A DNA stretch of 64,000 bases, taken from contig JAAUSF010000003.1 of assembly GCA_012033255.1 (NCBI GenBank), positions 16,247 to 80,246 of the forward strand. The letters are read 5' to 3'. Source of the stretch: Cyanobacteria bacterium RU_5_0. Its GTDB lineage: Bacteria; Cyanobacteriota; Cyanobacteriia; Elainellales; Elainellaceae. The notes below the pieces were generated by a model. That model was not told the origin of the DNA and ran no database searches. It worked only from the letters and a program-made list of their open reading frames with translations. Position numbers and translations under genes: made by a program. This document shows, piece by piece, positions 19,509 to 30,344 of the stretch (position 1 is the first letter of the stretch; every line of letters begins with the position of its first letter).

Positions 19509-21899
19509 ATGCTGCAAAACGACGCGACATCGGGCAATTTTAGCAAAGAGTATCGGGTTGAATGGGCGATCGACACTAGCCCTCAAAGCAACACCATCAT
19601 TGCTCCTCGCCAGAAAACCGGGATTGCTCTCAAAATGGGAGGCGACCTGGCTGAACTCTACAAAGACTACCAGGCGTATATGCAATCTGGACAGGGCAAT
19701 TCATCGAACTTTGTCCCGTCGAATTCCATGATGCAGACTCAATCAGGACGAGTTCTAGTCGATGTCGTTGCCTCTGGCGATCCCAATGCGCTGCTAACAG
19801 AATTGCAAGCGATGGGGTTTGAGGCAACCGGAACCTATGGGCGAGTCATCTCTGGCTATCTGCCGATGCTGATGATCGATGACATGATGACGATGGACAA
19901 GATGCAGTTCACTCGTCCGGTTTATCGACCAATCACCAATGCAGGTCAGGTCGTGAGCCAAGCGAATACGGCGTTGAGAGCTGATGTGGCGCGTCAGACG
20001 TTTGCAGTAGACGGCACTGGTGTAACCGTTGGCGTTTTATCTGATAGTTTCAATAATTTGGGCGGTGCGACCGCTGACACTGCCAGTAGCGATCTCCCCG
20101 CTACCGTAAATGTTTTGCAAGAGTTTGGTTCAGGCGGCAGCGATGAAGGACGGGCAATGCTACAACTCATCCGCGATGTCGCTCCTGGTGCTAATTTATC
20201 GTTTGCGACAGCGTTTAATGGGCAAGCCAGTTTTGCCAACAATATCATCAATTTGGCGGCGGCGGGTGCTGATGTCCTGGTTGATGATGTGATTTATCTG
20301 AGTGAACCTTTCTTTCAGGATGGCATTATTGCTCAGGCGATCGATCAGGTTGTTAGCAACGGAGTCGCCTACTTCTCGGCGGCTGGAAATAATGGTCGCC
20401 AAGCCTATGAAAGTCCCTTTAGAGCCAGTGGTCGCATCTTGACCCTCAACAATTTTCAGCTAGAAGCACACGATTTTGATCCGGGTGCTGGAGTAGACAT
20501 TTTTCAGCGCGTCACCATTCCAGTGGGTTCCCGGATTAGCCTCTCGTTTCAATGGGATTCTCCCTTTTTCTCGGCTGGCGGAACTGGCTCAAGCAATGAT
20601 TTAGATATCCTACTCTTCAATCGGGCTGGAACACGAGTGTTAGCAGGCAGCGCTGATCCAAATGTTGGCAATGATCCGGTTGAAATCTTCGATTTCGTTA
20701 ATGATGGCTCTCTGGGAACTGAGTTTAATATCGCGATCGGCAAATTTGCAGGTGCTAATCCAGGGTTGATCAAATATGTCGGATTTGGCGATCTGAACAT
20801 CAACGAATTCAACACTGCCAGTGGCACATTATATGGTCATGCCAACGCTAGAGGCGCACAAGCCGTTGGTGCAGCATTCTTCGCAAACACGCCCGCCTTT
20901 GGGACAAATCCAGCAACCATAGAACCTTTTTCGGCTGCCGGAACCACCCCAATTTTGTTCAATCGAGCCGGAAATCGCCTTGCCACACCCGATGTTCGGC
21001 TTAAACCCGAAATTGTCGCTCCAGATGGTACCAACACCTCTTTCTTCGGGTTTGATACTACCGCCGATGCAGATACCTTCCCAAACTTCTTCGGGACTTC
21101 AGCCGCCGCTCCTCATGCGGCTGCCGTTGCCGCCTTGTTGCTCGATCTAGCCCCTAACTTGACTCCTGCCGACATCTACAGCATCTTGCAGCAAACGGCT
21201 CTTGACATGGATGATCCCAACACGATCGGCTTCGATTCGGGCTTTGATCCAGGCACTGGCTTCGGACTGATTCAAGCCGATCGCGCTCTGCAAGCCGCAT
21301 TCACTCAACTGAATAGCAATAATCCTGGCTCAGGTGGTAACAATGGCATCTCCAACCCTAGTAACAGTAGTAATTCAGACAATGTAACCCCTGGAACTCC
21401 CAACCCTGACGCGGGCAATGACGATCGGGATAATCAAACGTTTAACGGCACGCCGGGCAATGACGACATTCGTGGCACCGCCAACCGCGACATCATTCGT
21501 GGCAACAGTGGCAGAGATCGACTGAGCGGATTAGGCGGAAACGATCAACTTGTCGGAGGAGATGGCAATGATCAGTTGTTTGGAGGGAATGGCAACGATC
21601 AACTGCGAGGCGAACGGGGCAACGATCGATTGGATGGAGGGAACGGTAAAAATCGCTTTTGGGGAGGGCAAGGTCGAGATATTTTCATCCTCAGTCGTGG
21701 CAACGGGGAAGCGATTATTCAAGATTTTGATGCTCGATCGGATCGTCTACAACTGCCTGCTAATGTGCGCTTCGCAGACATAACCTTAGCTCGACAAGGC
21801 AACAACACCTTAATCAGTTTGAAGCGCGATCGACTGGCGATTGTTCTGGATGCTCAAGTCACCCGTTCCGCTTTCATCACATTGAATGAAGCCAGTTAG
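19509..21899 (+). CDS. S8-family (subtilisin-like) serine peptidase with C-terminal RTX (hemolysin-type Ca-binding) repeats
   Basis: Ser motif GTSAAAPHAAAVAALL, oxyanion SAAGNNG; C-terminal GGxGxD nonapeptide repeats (GNDDIRG…GGNDQLVGGDGNDQLFGGNGNDQL…); no N-terminal signal peptide, consistent with a T1SS substrate; exact start uncertain. Confidence 0.75.
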   Translation: MLQNDATSGNFSKEYRVEWAIDTSPQSNTIIAPRQKTGIALKMGGDLAELYKDYQAYMQSGQGNSSNFVPSNSMMQTQSGRVLVDVVASGDPNALLTELQAMGFEATGTYGRVISGYLPMLMIDDMMTMDKMQFTRPVYRPITNAGQVVSQANTALRADVARQTFAVDGTGVTVGVLSDSFNNLGGATADTASSDLPATVNVLQEFGSGGSDEGRAMLQLIRDVAPGANLSFATAFNGQASFANNIINLAAAGADVLVDDVIYLSEPFFQDGIIAQAIDQVVSNGVAYFSAAGNNGRQAYESPFRASGRILTLNNFQLEAHDFDPGAGVDIFQRVTIPVGSRISLSFQWDSPFFSAGGTGSSNDLDILLFNRAGTRVLAGSADPNVGNDPVEIFDFVNDGSLGTEFNIAIGKFAGANPGLIKYVGFGDLNINEFNTASGTLYGHANARGAQAVGAAFFANTPAFGTNPATIEPFSAAGTTPILFNRAGNRLATPDVRLKPEIVAPDGTNTSFFGFDTTADADTFPNFFGTSAAAPHAAAVAALLLDLAPNLTPADIYSILQQTALDMDDPNTIGFDSGFDPGTGFGLIQADRALQAAFTQLNSNNPGSGGNNGISNPSNSSNSDNVTPGTPNPDAGNDDRDNQTFNGTPGNDDIRGTANRDIIRGNSGRDRLSGLGGNDQLVGGDGNDQLFGGNGNDQLRGERGNDRLDGGNGKNRFWGGQGRDIFILSRGNGEAIIQDFDARSDRLQLPANVRFADITLARQGNNTLISLKRDRLAIVLDAQVTRSAFITLNEAS

Positions 21900-21906
21900 A
21901 AGCCAG

Positions 21907-23091
21907 TTAAGAGTCTAGCCAGGGCCTACTAGCCGCCAAACAAAGGATCGCAATCAGCCCTCCCCCAATCACTCCGAGAGAGGCAATGAGAGGCGTCACT
22001 TCGATCGATTGCATGAAAATCGTCCCTAGCGTCACGGCGGCTCCACTGCCACCAAAATATAATCCTGTGCTTAAGCCTGCCTGATGCGGTGGCATGACTG
22101 AAAGCGCATAAGGGATGGTACTGATGAATACGAGACCGAGGGCAACGCCAAGCTCAAAGATCAACAGAACCGTGAGCAGTGTATTTTGATTGAATAGCAC
22201 CAATCCTATGAGAAGTGCGATCGCGCCCAATCCAATTTGCATTGCCCCGATTGCCCCGATCTTGACCGTGAATCGTCCGATCGGATTAGCTGACAACGCG
22301 CAGATCACCAGTAGGATCGACCCGATCGCTTCTCCACTGATCCCGGGCAAATAAGTACTCAAAATAGGCGGAAATACTGCAAACAAAAAGCTTGCCTGTA
22401 AGCTTGCTCCCAAACCAACTAAAAAAGTCAGCACCCCGATTCGAGCAACACGAGTCAATTGAGATGAAGCATTGGCATAGCTTGGTGAAGCGGCTTGCAA
22501 TGGGGCTGTGTTGTATAGCGTAAAGGCTCCCAATAGAAGGACGATCGCACCTAAAACAAACGTGGGTGAGGTTCCAAGTTGCATTAGCGCAATTCGTAAC
22601 AGAGGAGCGATCGCGCCCATCAAGCCCAACACCAACACCAGCACCGCATTGGCTTGAGGCAGTTCAGCAAGCGGCGCAAACTGCATTAACAAGGCAACCA
22701 CGGGTCCACGAAAGACAATCATCGCCATTACCCATGCCGTCATCAGCACTGGGATCAGCCAGCGAATGCCTACGGGCAGATCACCCAGAAGCAACGAAAT
22801 CACAACAAACAGCAACCCTGCGATCGCGACACCGATCGTAATTTGCGGCAGACGACTCCCGAAGCGTCGGAGAATTCGATCGGATTGCCCCCCTACCACA
22901 GGCTCTAACACGGCTCCCATCAATCCTTGGGCAATGCTCAACCCAGTTGCCCACTCTGCAAAGCCCAACTCTGTCAGAATGCTAGGCTGATATAGCCCAT
23001 AGGCGGTCAAGCTAAACAGAATTGCCGCAAGCATCGCTGCTAATCCCCAAACTTGCCGCCATAGGATTGAATTATAGGGGTTGGAAATCAT
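21907..23091 (-). CDS. MFS transporter
   Basis: 394 aa, 12 predicted TM helices in 6+6 arrangement. Confidence 0.65.
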   Translation of the reverse strand: MISNPYNSILWRQVWGLAAMLAAILFSLTAYGLYQPSILTELGFAEWATGLSIAQGLMGAVLEPVVGGQSDRILRRFGSRLPQITIGVAIAGLLFVVISLLLGDLPVGIRWLIPVLMTAWVMAMIVFRGPVVALLMQFAPLAELPQANAVLVLVLGLMGAIAPLLRIALMQLGTSPTFVLGAIVLLLGAFTLYNTAPLQAASPSYANASSQLTRVARIGVLTFLVGLGASLQASFLFAVFPPILSTYLPGISGEAIGSILLVICALSANPIGRFTVKIGAIGAMQIGLGAIALLIGLVLFNQNTLLTVLLIFELGVALGLVFISTIPYALSVMPPHQAGLSTGLYFGGSGAAVTLGTIFMQSIEVTPLIASLGVIGGGLIAILCLAASRPWLDS

Positions 23092-23205
23092 GAGGAATGG
23101 GAGATGGGGGAGATGGGAGATAGGGAGATGGGGACGGGGAGATGAAGAAGGAACAGCTTATCTTTATCCTTGATCCTTGATCCTGCATCCCTCATCCTTC
23201 CCGAC

Positions 23206-23868
23206 TTAGACCTTCAGCACCCAATCATTGCGGGTATCCGCACTAACAAACGAAGCAGGGACGTAGCGGATATCTTCACCGAGCGCAATAAAGGCAGCAC
23301 GAATAGCTGTAGCATGGGCAGATTCAGCCGTACCGATACTGGCACCTGCGGTAATCAACGCTGGCGTTTTGAGACGAGCAACCTCAGTAGTGTAGGCGAT
23401 CGCCGCATCCGTCTCTAAGGCAAGGGCAAGCTTGGCGATGTTGACATCAGAATCGAGATTGCCTTCACCACGCTCAATGTAAGACGAGAGATCATACTCG
23501 CTTTCTGCCGTCGCAGGAGTCCCTCCCAAGCTCTGAACCGCCGCCGTGAGCGCATCCCGATGAGCCATGTGATCATTCATATTTTGTCCTGCAATTCCCA
23601 GAACGGCGCGACCCACATCGGTATCGCTTAGAAAGCCTGCCGCTGTCTGGTATGCCCAAATGGCTTGATGTTCGTAGTAGAGTGCCCCATTCAAAATTTC
23701 AATATCATTCACTACATCTTCAGGACTTTGGGCACGGGCGGGACGAACCGCAGATAACCCGATCGCTCCAGATAAGCCAGCGATCGCCCCACCGATCAAC
23801 ACTCCCCGACGCGAAACCGCTTTAGAACGGCTCGGTACGTGGATCACGGGAAAATCTTCGCTCTTCAT
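23206..23868 (-). CDS. ferritin-like domain protein with Tat signal
   Basis: Start at MKSEDF; 'SRRGVLIGGAIAGLSG' twin-arginine signal; four-helix ferritin-like E/H pattern (EHQAIWAY…NDHMAHRD…LETDAAIAYT…AESAHATAIRAAF). Confidence 0.55.
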   Translation of the reverse strand: MKSEDFPVIHVPSRSKAVSRRGVLIGGAIAGLSGAIGLSAVRPARAQSPEDVVNDIEILNGALYYEHQAIWAYQTAAGFLSDTDVGRAVLGIAGQNMNDHMAHRDALTAAVQSLGGTPATAESEYDLSSYIERGEGNLDSDVNIAKLALALETDAAIAYTTEVARLKTPALITAGASIGTAESAHATAIRAAFIALGEDIRYVPASFVSADTRNDWVLKV

Positions 23869-24057
23869 GCAAGTGTCTCCTGTCTCTGCTGAAAATGTTT
23901 GCAAGCTAAACCAACCGATCACCCGTTAGATGGACGATTCAAGCTGCACAAACCTGTATATCGGTAGGGCATGAATCCCAGAATCCAACATGAGCCGGTG
24001 AATTAGGTTTGTTCTGATGAATAATACGGAGAGACAAGGCGATCGGATTTCTGAATC

Positions 24058-24205
24058 TAAAAATTTTCCACCTGTCAATTTTTTGGTGATGGATAACGTG
24101 GTGCAGGCGCAATCCCTGCATGATTGCCCTCTAAGCCAGGGCAAAGCGGTTGGTCTGTCCCGACCGATTGCAAAATCAACAGAAAATTGACAGGTGGAAA
24201 ATTTT
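24058..24205. mobile_element. MITE-like element, copy D (best-preserved TIRs)
   Basis: Near-perfect 25-bp TIRs 'aaaattttccacctgtcaatttttt' … 'aaaattgacaggtggaaaatttt'; core 'gcaatccctgcatgattgccctctaagccagggcaa'; about 148 bp, non-coding. Confidence 0.65.
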
Positions 24206-24270
24206 GCTCAGTATCAATCTAAAAGAATTACATTCCAAGGGTGCATCAGCCGATATAGTTTAAAGATCAC

Positions 24271-25989
24271 TTGCAATTGATTCTCATTAAGCTCATCGTT
24301 TGCGTGTCAAAGGTGTCATTATTTCCTAACGCTGTTACAAAAAAAAGAAGCATTCCGGGTCTGCGGATAGATGGCTGGACAATCGGAGTCATCGCGATCG
24401 CTCTCCTCATTGCCACTCCGGTTCTCGTCGTTCTCAGTAGTATCGTTGCCGATTCTGGAGATGTCTGGAATCATCTTGTCTCTACAGTTCTACCTCGCTA
24501 TATCGCTAATTCTTTTTGGCTTATGGTAGGAGTTGGGGTTGGTGTATTAGCGATTGGAGTCAGCACAGCATGGCTTGTGACCATGTGCCGCTTTCCAGGA
24601 AGTCGGATATTTGAATGGGCATTGTTGCTTCCTCTGGCGGTTCCAGCATATCTGCTTGGATATGTCTACACAGAATTGTTAGATTACTATGGTCCTGTGC
24701 AATTTGCCCTACGATCGCTGTTTGGCTGGAGCGGAGCCGAAGACTATTGGTTTCCGCCGATTCGATCGCTCATTGGGGCAATCGCCATGTTTAGTCTGGT
24801 TGCCTATCCCTACGTTTACTTGCTGACGCGAGTTGCGTTCTTAGAACAATCCATTTGCACCTTGGAAGCCAGTCGATCGCTCGGTTGCGGAGCGTGGCGC
24901 AGTTTCTTCAGGATCGCTTTACCGCTAGCCCGTCCCGCGATCGCCGCAGGAGTAGCCCTCGTGCTAATGGAAACGCTGAACGACTTTGGCACTGTCCAAT
25001 ACTTCGCAATAGATACATTTACAGTCGGCATCTACCGAACCTGGTTTGGTATGGGCGAACGGATTGCTGCCTCTCAACTATCCGCCCTGCTCCTTGTTTT
25101 TATCCTGGTATTACTGCTGCTAGAACAAGGGTCACGACGACAAGCAAAATACTATCAAAGCCCAAGCCGCTACCAACGGCTTTCTCCGTATCCATTGCGC
25201 GGCTGGCGAATGATACTGGCGTGGATAGTGTGTTTCCTGCCGATCGCCCTCGGCTTTTTGCTCCCTGCCTCCATCCTGCTCAAGATGGCATTTGCTAATC
25301 TCACTGAGAATTTCAGTCAACGATTCTGGCAACTCGCAGGAAACAGTCTATGCGTTGCGACTTTAACAGCGACGATCGGTGTCATTCTTGCGCTGATTCT
25401 GGCATATGGACTCCGGCTCCATGCAAACCTGGGCATGAATACTGCCGTCCGAATTGCCTCAATGGGCTATGCCATTCCTGGCTCAGTCATCGCGGTTGGC
25501 ATTCTGATTCCAATCGGCAATCTCGATAACACGATCGATGCTTGGATGCGATCCACCTTCGACATCTCAACAGGATTGCTCTTCAGCGGGACGATCGCCG
25601 CCCTCGTGTTTGCCTATCTTGTCCGCTTTCTGGCTATCTCATTTAGCACAGTTGAATCTAGCCTGACCCGAATTAAGCCCAGTTTAGATGATGCCGCCCG
25701 ATCGCTCGGTCACACGTCTAGCAGTACGCTCCTGCGAATTCATGCTCCGCTTATGAGTGGAGGACTATTCACAGCTATGATTTTGATATTCGTAGACGTA
25801 ATGAAGGAACTCCCAGCCACCTTGATTGTCCGCCCCTTTAACTTTGACACGCTTGCCGTTCAGGTCTACCAATTAGCCTCAGATGAACGACTCGCAGAAG
25901 CGGCGGCTCCCGCATTGGCGATCGTGATCGTTGGCATTCTTCCCGTTATGCTCCTGAGTTGGCAGATTGCGCGATCGAGACCTTGGTAG
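24271..25989 (+). CDS. iron(III) ABC transporter permease, two-domain FutB/FbpB type
   Basis: About 570 aa with two tandem 6-TM permease modules typical of FbpB/FutB; no cognate substrate-binding protein or ATPase gene adjacent; start uncertain. Confidence 0.7.
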   Translation: MQLILIKLIVCVSKVSLFPNAVTKKRSIPGLRIDGWTIGVIAIALLIATPVLVVLSSIVADSGDVWNHLVSTVLPRYIANSFWLMVGVGVGVLAIGVSTAWLVTMCRFPGSRIFEWALLLPLAVPAYLLGYVYTELLDYYGPVQFALRSLFGWSGAEDYWFPPIRSLIGAIAMFSLVAYPYVYLLTRVAFLEQSICTLEASRSLGCGAWRSFFRIALPLARPAIAAGVALVLMETLNDFGTVQYFAIDTFTVGIYRTWFGMGERIAASQLSALLLVFILVLLLLEQGSRRQAKYYQSPSRYQRLSPYPLRGWRMILAWIVCFLPIALGFLLPASILLKMAFANLTENFSQRFWQLAGNSLCVATLTATIGVILALILAYGLRLHANLGMNTAVRIASMGYAIPGSVIAVGILIPIGNLDNTIDAWMRSTFDISTGLLFSGTIAALVFAYLVRFLAISFSTVESSLTRIKPSLDDAARSLGHTSSSTLLRIHAPLMSGGLFTAMILIFVDVMKELPATLIVRPFNFDTLAVQVYQLASDERLAEAAAPALAIVIVGILPVMLLSWQIARSRPW

Positions 25990-26069
25990 GGGCAGGTCTT
26001 GTGCTTACCCCTGGAAGATTTCTGGCACCCGCCAGGAATGCCCCTACCCCAAACATCCCTAACCTCAGC
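25986..26069. repeat. small dispersed repeat, copy 2 (family shared with 8079-8174)
   Basis: See copy 1; lies between the futB-like stop and the pstS promoter region. Confidence 0.5.
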
Positions 26070-26244
26070 GCCGCCCCACGTTTCAATCTCGTCAAAACTC
26101 TTTTCAGAGAGATTGTAAAGAAATATACGTTTTGCGTATTTTTTAATTTCTTCTTTACTTTGTTAAATTTTTCTTTGAATTTGAATGCTACGCTGACGGC
26201 TAAAGAGATGGTCACTTGAATCTACACATTAGTCGTTAAATCCT

Positions 26245-27363
26245 ATGGCTTTAAATCTTCATTTCAAGCAACCTGCCCTCCTTGCCACTCTCGCAGCCCT
26301 GACACTCAGCCTGGCGGCTTGCGGTGGTCCAACCACTACAACGGCGGAATCTCCGGCGGAGGGAGAAAGTCCTGCGGCAACGGATAGGGAATCTCCAGCC
26401 GAATCTCCCACGGCTGCTGACGATGGTACTGGAGTGAGCGGTCAGATTGCCCTTGATGGTTCTAGTACTGTTTTCCCAATCAGCGAAGCGGTCAGCGAAG
26501 AGTTCCAGAGGGCAAATTCAGGTGTTCAAGTTACGGTCGGGACATCAGGAACAGGGGGTGGTTTTGAGAAGTTCTGCAACGGTGAAACCGATATCTCCAA
26601 TGCCTCTCGTCCGATCGAGCAAGATGAAATTGAAGCCTGTGAATCTAAGGGAATTGAGTTTATTGAGCTTCCTGTTGCATTCGATGCGCTATCAGTGGTT
26701 GTTCACCCTCAGAATGATTGGGCACAATGCCTCACGACAGAGGAACTGAAGAGAATTTGGGAACCTGCCGCCCAAGGTCAAATCACCAATTGGAATCAAG
26801 TCCGTCCTGATTTCCCAGATGTTCCGCTTGCTCTCTATGGACCCGGAACCGATTCGGGAACGTTCGATTACTTCACAGATGCCATCAGTGGCGAAGAGGG
26901 AGAGAGTCGAGGCGACTACACTGCCAGTGAGGATGACAACGTGCTAGTGCAGGGTGTTGCTGGCGATCGAGGTGCAATTGGCTACTTTGGGTATGCCTAC
27001 TATGAGCAGAACCAAGACCGAGTGAAGTTGGTCGGCATTGATGACGGAGATAGTGCCAATGGTGAGGGTTGTGTGACTCCGAGTGCCGAAACCGTGTTAG
27101 ACAACACCTATCAACCTCTGGCTCGCCCTTTATTTATTTATGTCAGCACTAAAGCGGCGGAGCGTCCGGAAGTCAAAGCCTTTGTTGAGTTCTACATGGA
27201 CGAAGCCAACAAGCAACTGATTGAGAGTACAGGGTATGTGCCGCTCTCCGATCCCATCTATGATAAGGCACTAGCTCGTTTCCAGGAAAATAAGACAGGA
27301 ACCGTGTTTGAAGGGGGTTCTGCGGTTGGAGTTAGTCTGGAAGACCTGCTGGAGCAGGAGTAA
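26245..27363 (+). CDS. pstS: phosphate ABC transporter substrate-binding lipoprotein
   Basis: Lipobox LAACGG; PstS/SphX-type PBP blocks ([24 protein letters not shown]); followed by pstCAB. Confidence 0.85.
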   Translation: MALNLHFKQPALLATLAALTLSLAACGGPTTTTAESPAEGESPAATDRESPAESPTAADDGTGVSGQIALDGSSTVFPISEAVSEEFQRANSGVQVTVGTSGTGGGFEKFCNGETDISNASRPIEQDEIEACESKGIEFIELPVAFDALSVVVHPQNDWAQCLTTEELKRIWEPAAQGQITNWNQVRPDFPDVPLALYGPGTDSGTFDYFTDAISGEEGESRGDYTASEDDNVLVQGVAGDRGAIGYFGYAYYEQNQDRVKLVGIDDGDSANGEGCVTPSAETVLDNTYQPLARPLFIYVSTKAAERPEVKAFVEFYMDEANKQLIESTGYVPLSDPIYDKALARFQENKTGTVFEGGSAVGVSLEDLLEQE

Positions 27364-27588
27364 TTTTCTACTAGGAGCATATGGACTTGGAAGCTTCTAG
27401 GGATGTCATTTTCAGGTTCTATGCTCCGTTCCTAGTCTTTGCTTAACGTTAGAATGCGAGAATTTCAGAATGTTGGAGTGTATGGAAGTGTTTTCCTAGC
27501 ACTCCTTCATTCCGTCTGAGCCATCTCCAGTGCTAATTTAGTTTGATTGGCTTGGTAGGATTAGTTTGCCTATTGATCCCGCCTGAAA

Positions 27589-28542
27589 TTGACTGATATG
27601 CGTGATTCTGTTGTTTCATCCAAGCAGGTGGCTGATTCGGGGTTGTGGCGACCGAAGCGATCGCTCAGCCGTTGGTCTGAATGGATTGTGAAAATAGTGT
27701 TTGGGATGTTCGCCTTAATTTCGATCGCTACTACTGCCGGTATCATTTTCTCGCTGATCTTTGAGACGATCGAGTTCTTTAGAGAAGTTCCTATGTGGCG
27801 CTTCTTGACCGATACCCAATGGACGCCTCTGTTCACTAATCCCCAGTACGGCGTTATCGTTTTAATTTGCGGGACGTTTCTCACGTCAGCGATCGCCTTG
27901 TTGGTCGCTATGCCCTTGGGCTTAATGGCAGCGATCTACCTGAGTGAGTATGCTTCTTTTAGAGTTCGTCGCTGGCTGAAACCTGCTTTAGAAATTTTGG
28001 CAGGAATCCCGTCCGTGGTTTATGGCTACTTTGCGCTCCTGTTTATCACTCCCCTGCTTCAGCCCCTCATACCCGGTCTACAGACCTTCAATGCTCTGAG
28101 TGCAGGATTGATCCTGGGAATTGCTATCTTGCCCACGATCGCTTCGTTAAGTGAGGATGCGATCTATGCCGTCCCTCAAAATTTGCGGCAGGGGTCGTAT
28201 GCTCTCGGTGCGATGCGATGGGAAACGGTTCAAAACGTTGTCATTCCAGCAGCACTGTCTGGAATTGTGGCATCCTGCGTTCTGGGTGTGGCGCGGGCAG
28301 TAGGTGAGACGTTAATTGTCACGATCGCGGCTGGACAAAACCCACGTCTTACCCTTGATCCACGCTCATCCGTGCAGACGATGACCGCCTTTATCGTGCA
28401 AGTCAGCCAAGGTGATGCTCCCACTCAATCGCTCGAATTTAAGACTATTTTTGCAGTTGGGATGACGCTATTTGGGATCACCTTGGTGTTGAATATCTTT
28501 AGCTTCTGGTTTGTGAACCGCTTCCGGGAAAAATACGAATGA
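27589..28542 (+). CDS. pstC: phosphate ABC transporter permease PstC
   Basis: 317 aa, 6 TM, PstC-type; position in the pstSCAB operon. Confidence 0.85.
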   Translation: MTDMRDSVVSSKQVADSGLWRPKRSLSRWSEWIVKIVFGMFALISIATTAGIIFSLIFETIEFFREVPMWRFLTDTQWTPLFTNPQYGVIVLICGTFLTSAIALLVAMPLGLMAAIYLSEYASFRVRRWLKPALEILAGIPSVVYGYFALLFITPLLQPLIPGLQTFNALSAGLILGIAILPTIASLSEDAIYAVPQNLRQGSYALGAMRWETVQNVVIPAALSGIVASCVLGVARAVGETLIVTIAAGQNPRLTLDPRSSVQTMTAFIVQVSQGDAPTQSLEFKTIFAVGMTLFGITLVLNIFSFWFVNRFREKYE

Positions 28543-29516
28543 CGATGATCGATTCAAACCCACTGCCCCCTGAAGAGGGGCAACCCCCTCGATATAAACC
28601 TGCCTTAAAAAGGCGCTACCAGTTCGATCGGGTTTATGCAACGGTTGCCCTAATTGCCACCCTGCTTGGACTTCTCGTGCTGCTGTTGCTGCTGTTTGAT
28701 GTGTTTAGGGATGGGCTACCCCGGTTGGCTCTGAATTTTCCAGACTTTCTCACCAGTTTTCCATCCCGACGACCTCTGCGGGCAGGTATCCTCTCTCCCT
28801 TAATCGGGACACTTTGGGTTCTTGTGCTGACGATGTTAATTTCAATTCCGATTGGGGTGGGAGCGGGAATTTTTTTGGAGGAATTTGCGACTGAATCCCT
28901 TTTAGCCAAAATAATTGAGGTGAACATTGGCAATCTAGCTGCCGTTCCCACCATCATCTATGGTCTACTGGCGCTGCAAGTCTTCGTCCGACTGATGGAA
29001 CCAATCACGGGAGGGCGGAGTATTCTATCGGGTGGTTTGACCCTGGCGTTGTTGGTGCTGCCCGTTGTAATTGTAGCAACTCGGGAAGCCTTGAGAGCCG
29101 TTCCTGATAGTATCCGTCAGGCAGGGTATGCCATTGGAACGACCCGTTGGCAGGTAGTGCGCGATCATGTGTTGCCGATCGCCTCTCCAGGTGTCTTTAC
29201 AGGTGTGATTTTAGCCTTGTCAAGAGCGATCGGGCAGGCTGCACCCTTGATCACAATTGGGGCATTGACGTTTATCGCTTTTTTACCGCCCTTCATCACA
29301 ATTTCGGAGAATGGAGTGCCGCAGATTCAAATCATAGACGGACTGCACTCGTCCTTTACTGTTCTCCCAATTCAGGTTTACAACTGGGTATCTCGTCCTC
29401 AGCCTGAATTCCACAATGCAGCAGCGGCTGGCATCATTGTGCTGATGATCGTCCTGCTACTGATGAATGCTACCGCAATTTATTTGCGAAATCGGTTCCA
29501 GCAAACTAGATACTAA
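28539..29516 (+). CDS. pstA: phosphate ABC transporter permease PstA
   Basis: 325 aa, overlaps pstC stop by 4 nt; PstA-type permease. Confidence 0.85.
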   Translation: MTMIDSNPLPPEEGQPPRYKPALKRRYQFDRVYATVALIATLLGLLVLLLLLFDVFRDGLPRLALNFPDFLTSFPSRRPLRAGILSPLIGTLWVLVLTMLISIPIGVGAGIFLEEFATESLLAKIIEVNIGNLAAVPTIIYGLLALQVFVRLMEPITGGRSILSGGLTLALLVLPVVIVATREALRAVPDSIRQAGYAIGTTRWQVVRDHVLPIASPGVFTGVILALSRAIGQAAPLITIGALTFIAFLPPFITISENGVPQIQIIDGLHSSFTVLPIQVYNWVSRPQPEFHNAAAAGIIVLMIVLLLMNATAIYLRNRFQQTRY

Positions 29517-29531
29517 CTTGACCGAAGGGGT

Positions 29532-30344
29532 TTGTCTCTCATGCAATCTGAACTTTCTGCTGTCGTGCATACCGATATCTTGCAAGTCGAAGATCTTTCA
29601 GTTTACTATGGCTCATTCCTGGCACTGCGGGATGTTTATTTAAGTATTCCACAGCAGAAAATTACGGCGTTTATTGGTCCATCTGGCTGCGGTAAAAGCA
29701 CATTGCTGCGATGTTTTAATCGTTTGAATGATTTCGTCACCGGAGCGCGAGTGGAAGGGAGAATTCTGTTTCATGGGATGAATTTGTATGATCCAAACGT
29801 TGATCCCGTTGATGTTCGCCGTCGGATTGGCATGGTATTTCAAAAGCCGAATCCCTTCCCTAAATCAATCTATGAAAACATCGCCTATGGCGCACGGATT
29901 AATGGCTACCAGGGCAACATTGATGAATTAGTAGAGCGATCGCTGCGAGATGCCGCCCTTTGGGATGAGGTCAAAGACAAACTCAAGCAAAGCGGACTAT
30001 CTTTGTCTGGAGGTCAACAGCAGCGACTCTGCATTGCACGGGCATTGGCGATCGAACCTGAAGTGTTGCTGATGGATGAACCTTGCTCCGCGCTTGACCC
30101 CATTTCTACACAGCGCATCGAGGAATTAATGTCCCATTTGAAAGAGCGCTACACGATCATCATCGTGACACACAATATGCAACAAGCTGCCCGAACCTCC
30201 GATTTCACGGCATTCTTCAACGCACAACACATGGAAACGGGAGAGCGATCGGGGTTTTTAGTAGAATATGGACTGACTGAAATGATCTTTGAAAGTCCGA
30301 AGCAGGAATCAACTCAGGATTACGTCAGTGGGCGGTTTGGTTAA
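29532..30344 (+). CDS. pstB: phosphate import ATP-binding protein PstB
   Basis: 270 aa; Walker [10 protein letters not shown], signature LSGGQQQR, PstB-specific C-terminus. Confidence 0.9.
   Translation: MSLMQSELSAVVHTDILQVEDLSVYYGSFLALRDVYLSIPQQKITAFIGPSGCGKSTLLRCFNRLNDFVTGARVEGRILFHGMNLYDPNVDPVDVRRRIGMVFQKPNPFPKSIYENIAYGARINGYQGNIDELVERSLRDAALWDEVKDKLKQSGLSLSGGQQQRLCIARALAIEPEVLLMDEPCSALDPISTQRIEELMSHLKERYTIIIVTHNMQQAARTSDFTAFFNAQHMETGERSGFLVEYGLTEMIFESPKQESTQDYVSGRFG

Noticed and set aside
23926-24144. ORFs 23926..24144 and 23939..24121 on the minus strand
   Set aside because: They are entirely within MITE copy D and the ferritin-like gene's upstream region. The repeat-derived peptide ('…KKLTGGKFL…') recurs in frame translations of other copies.
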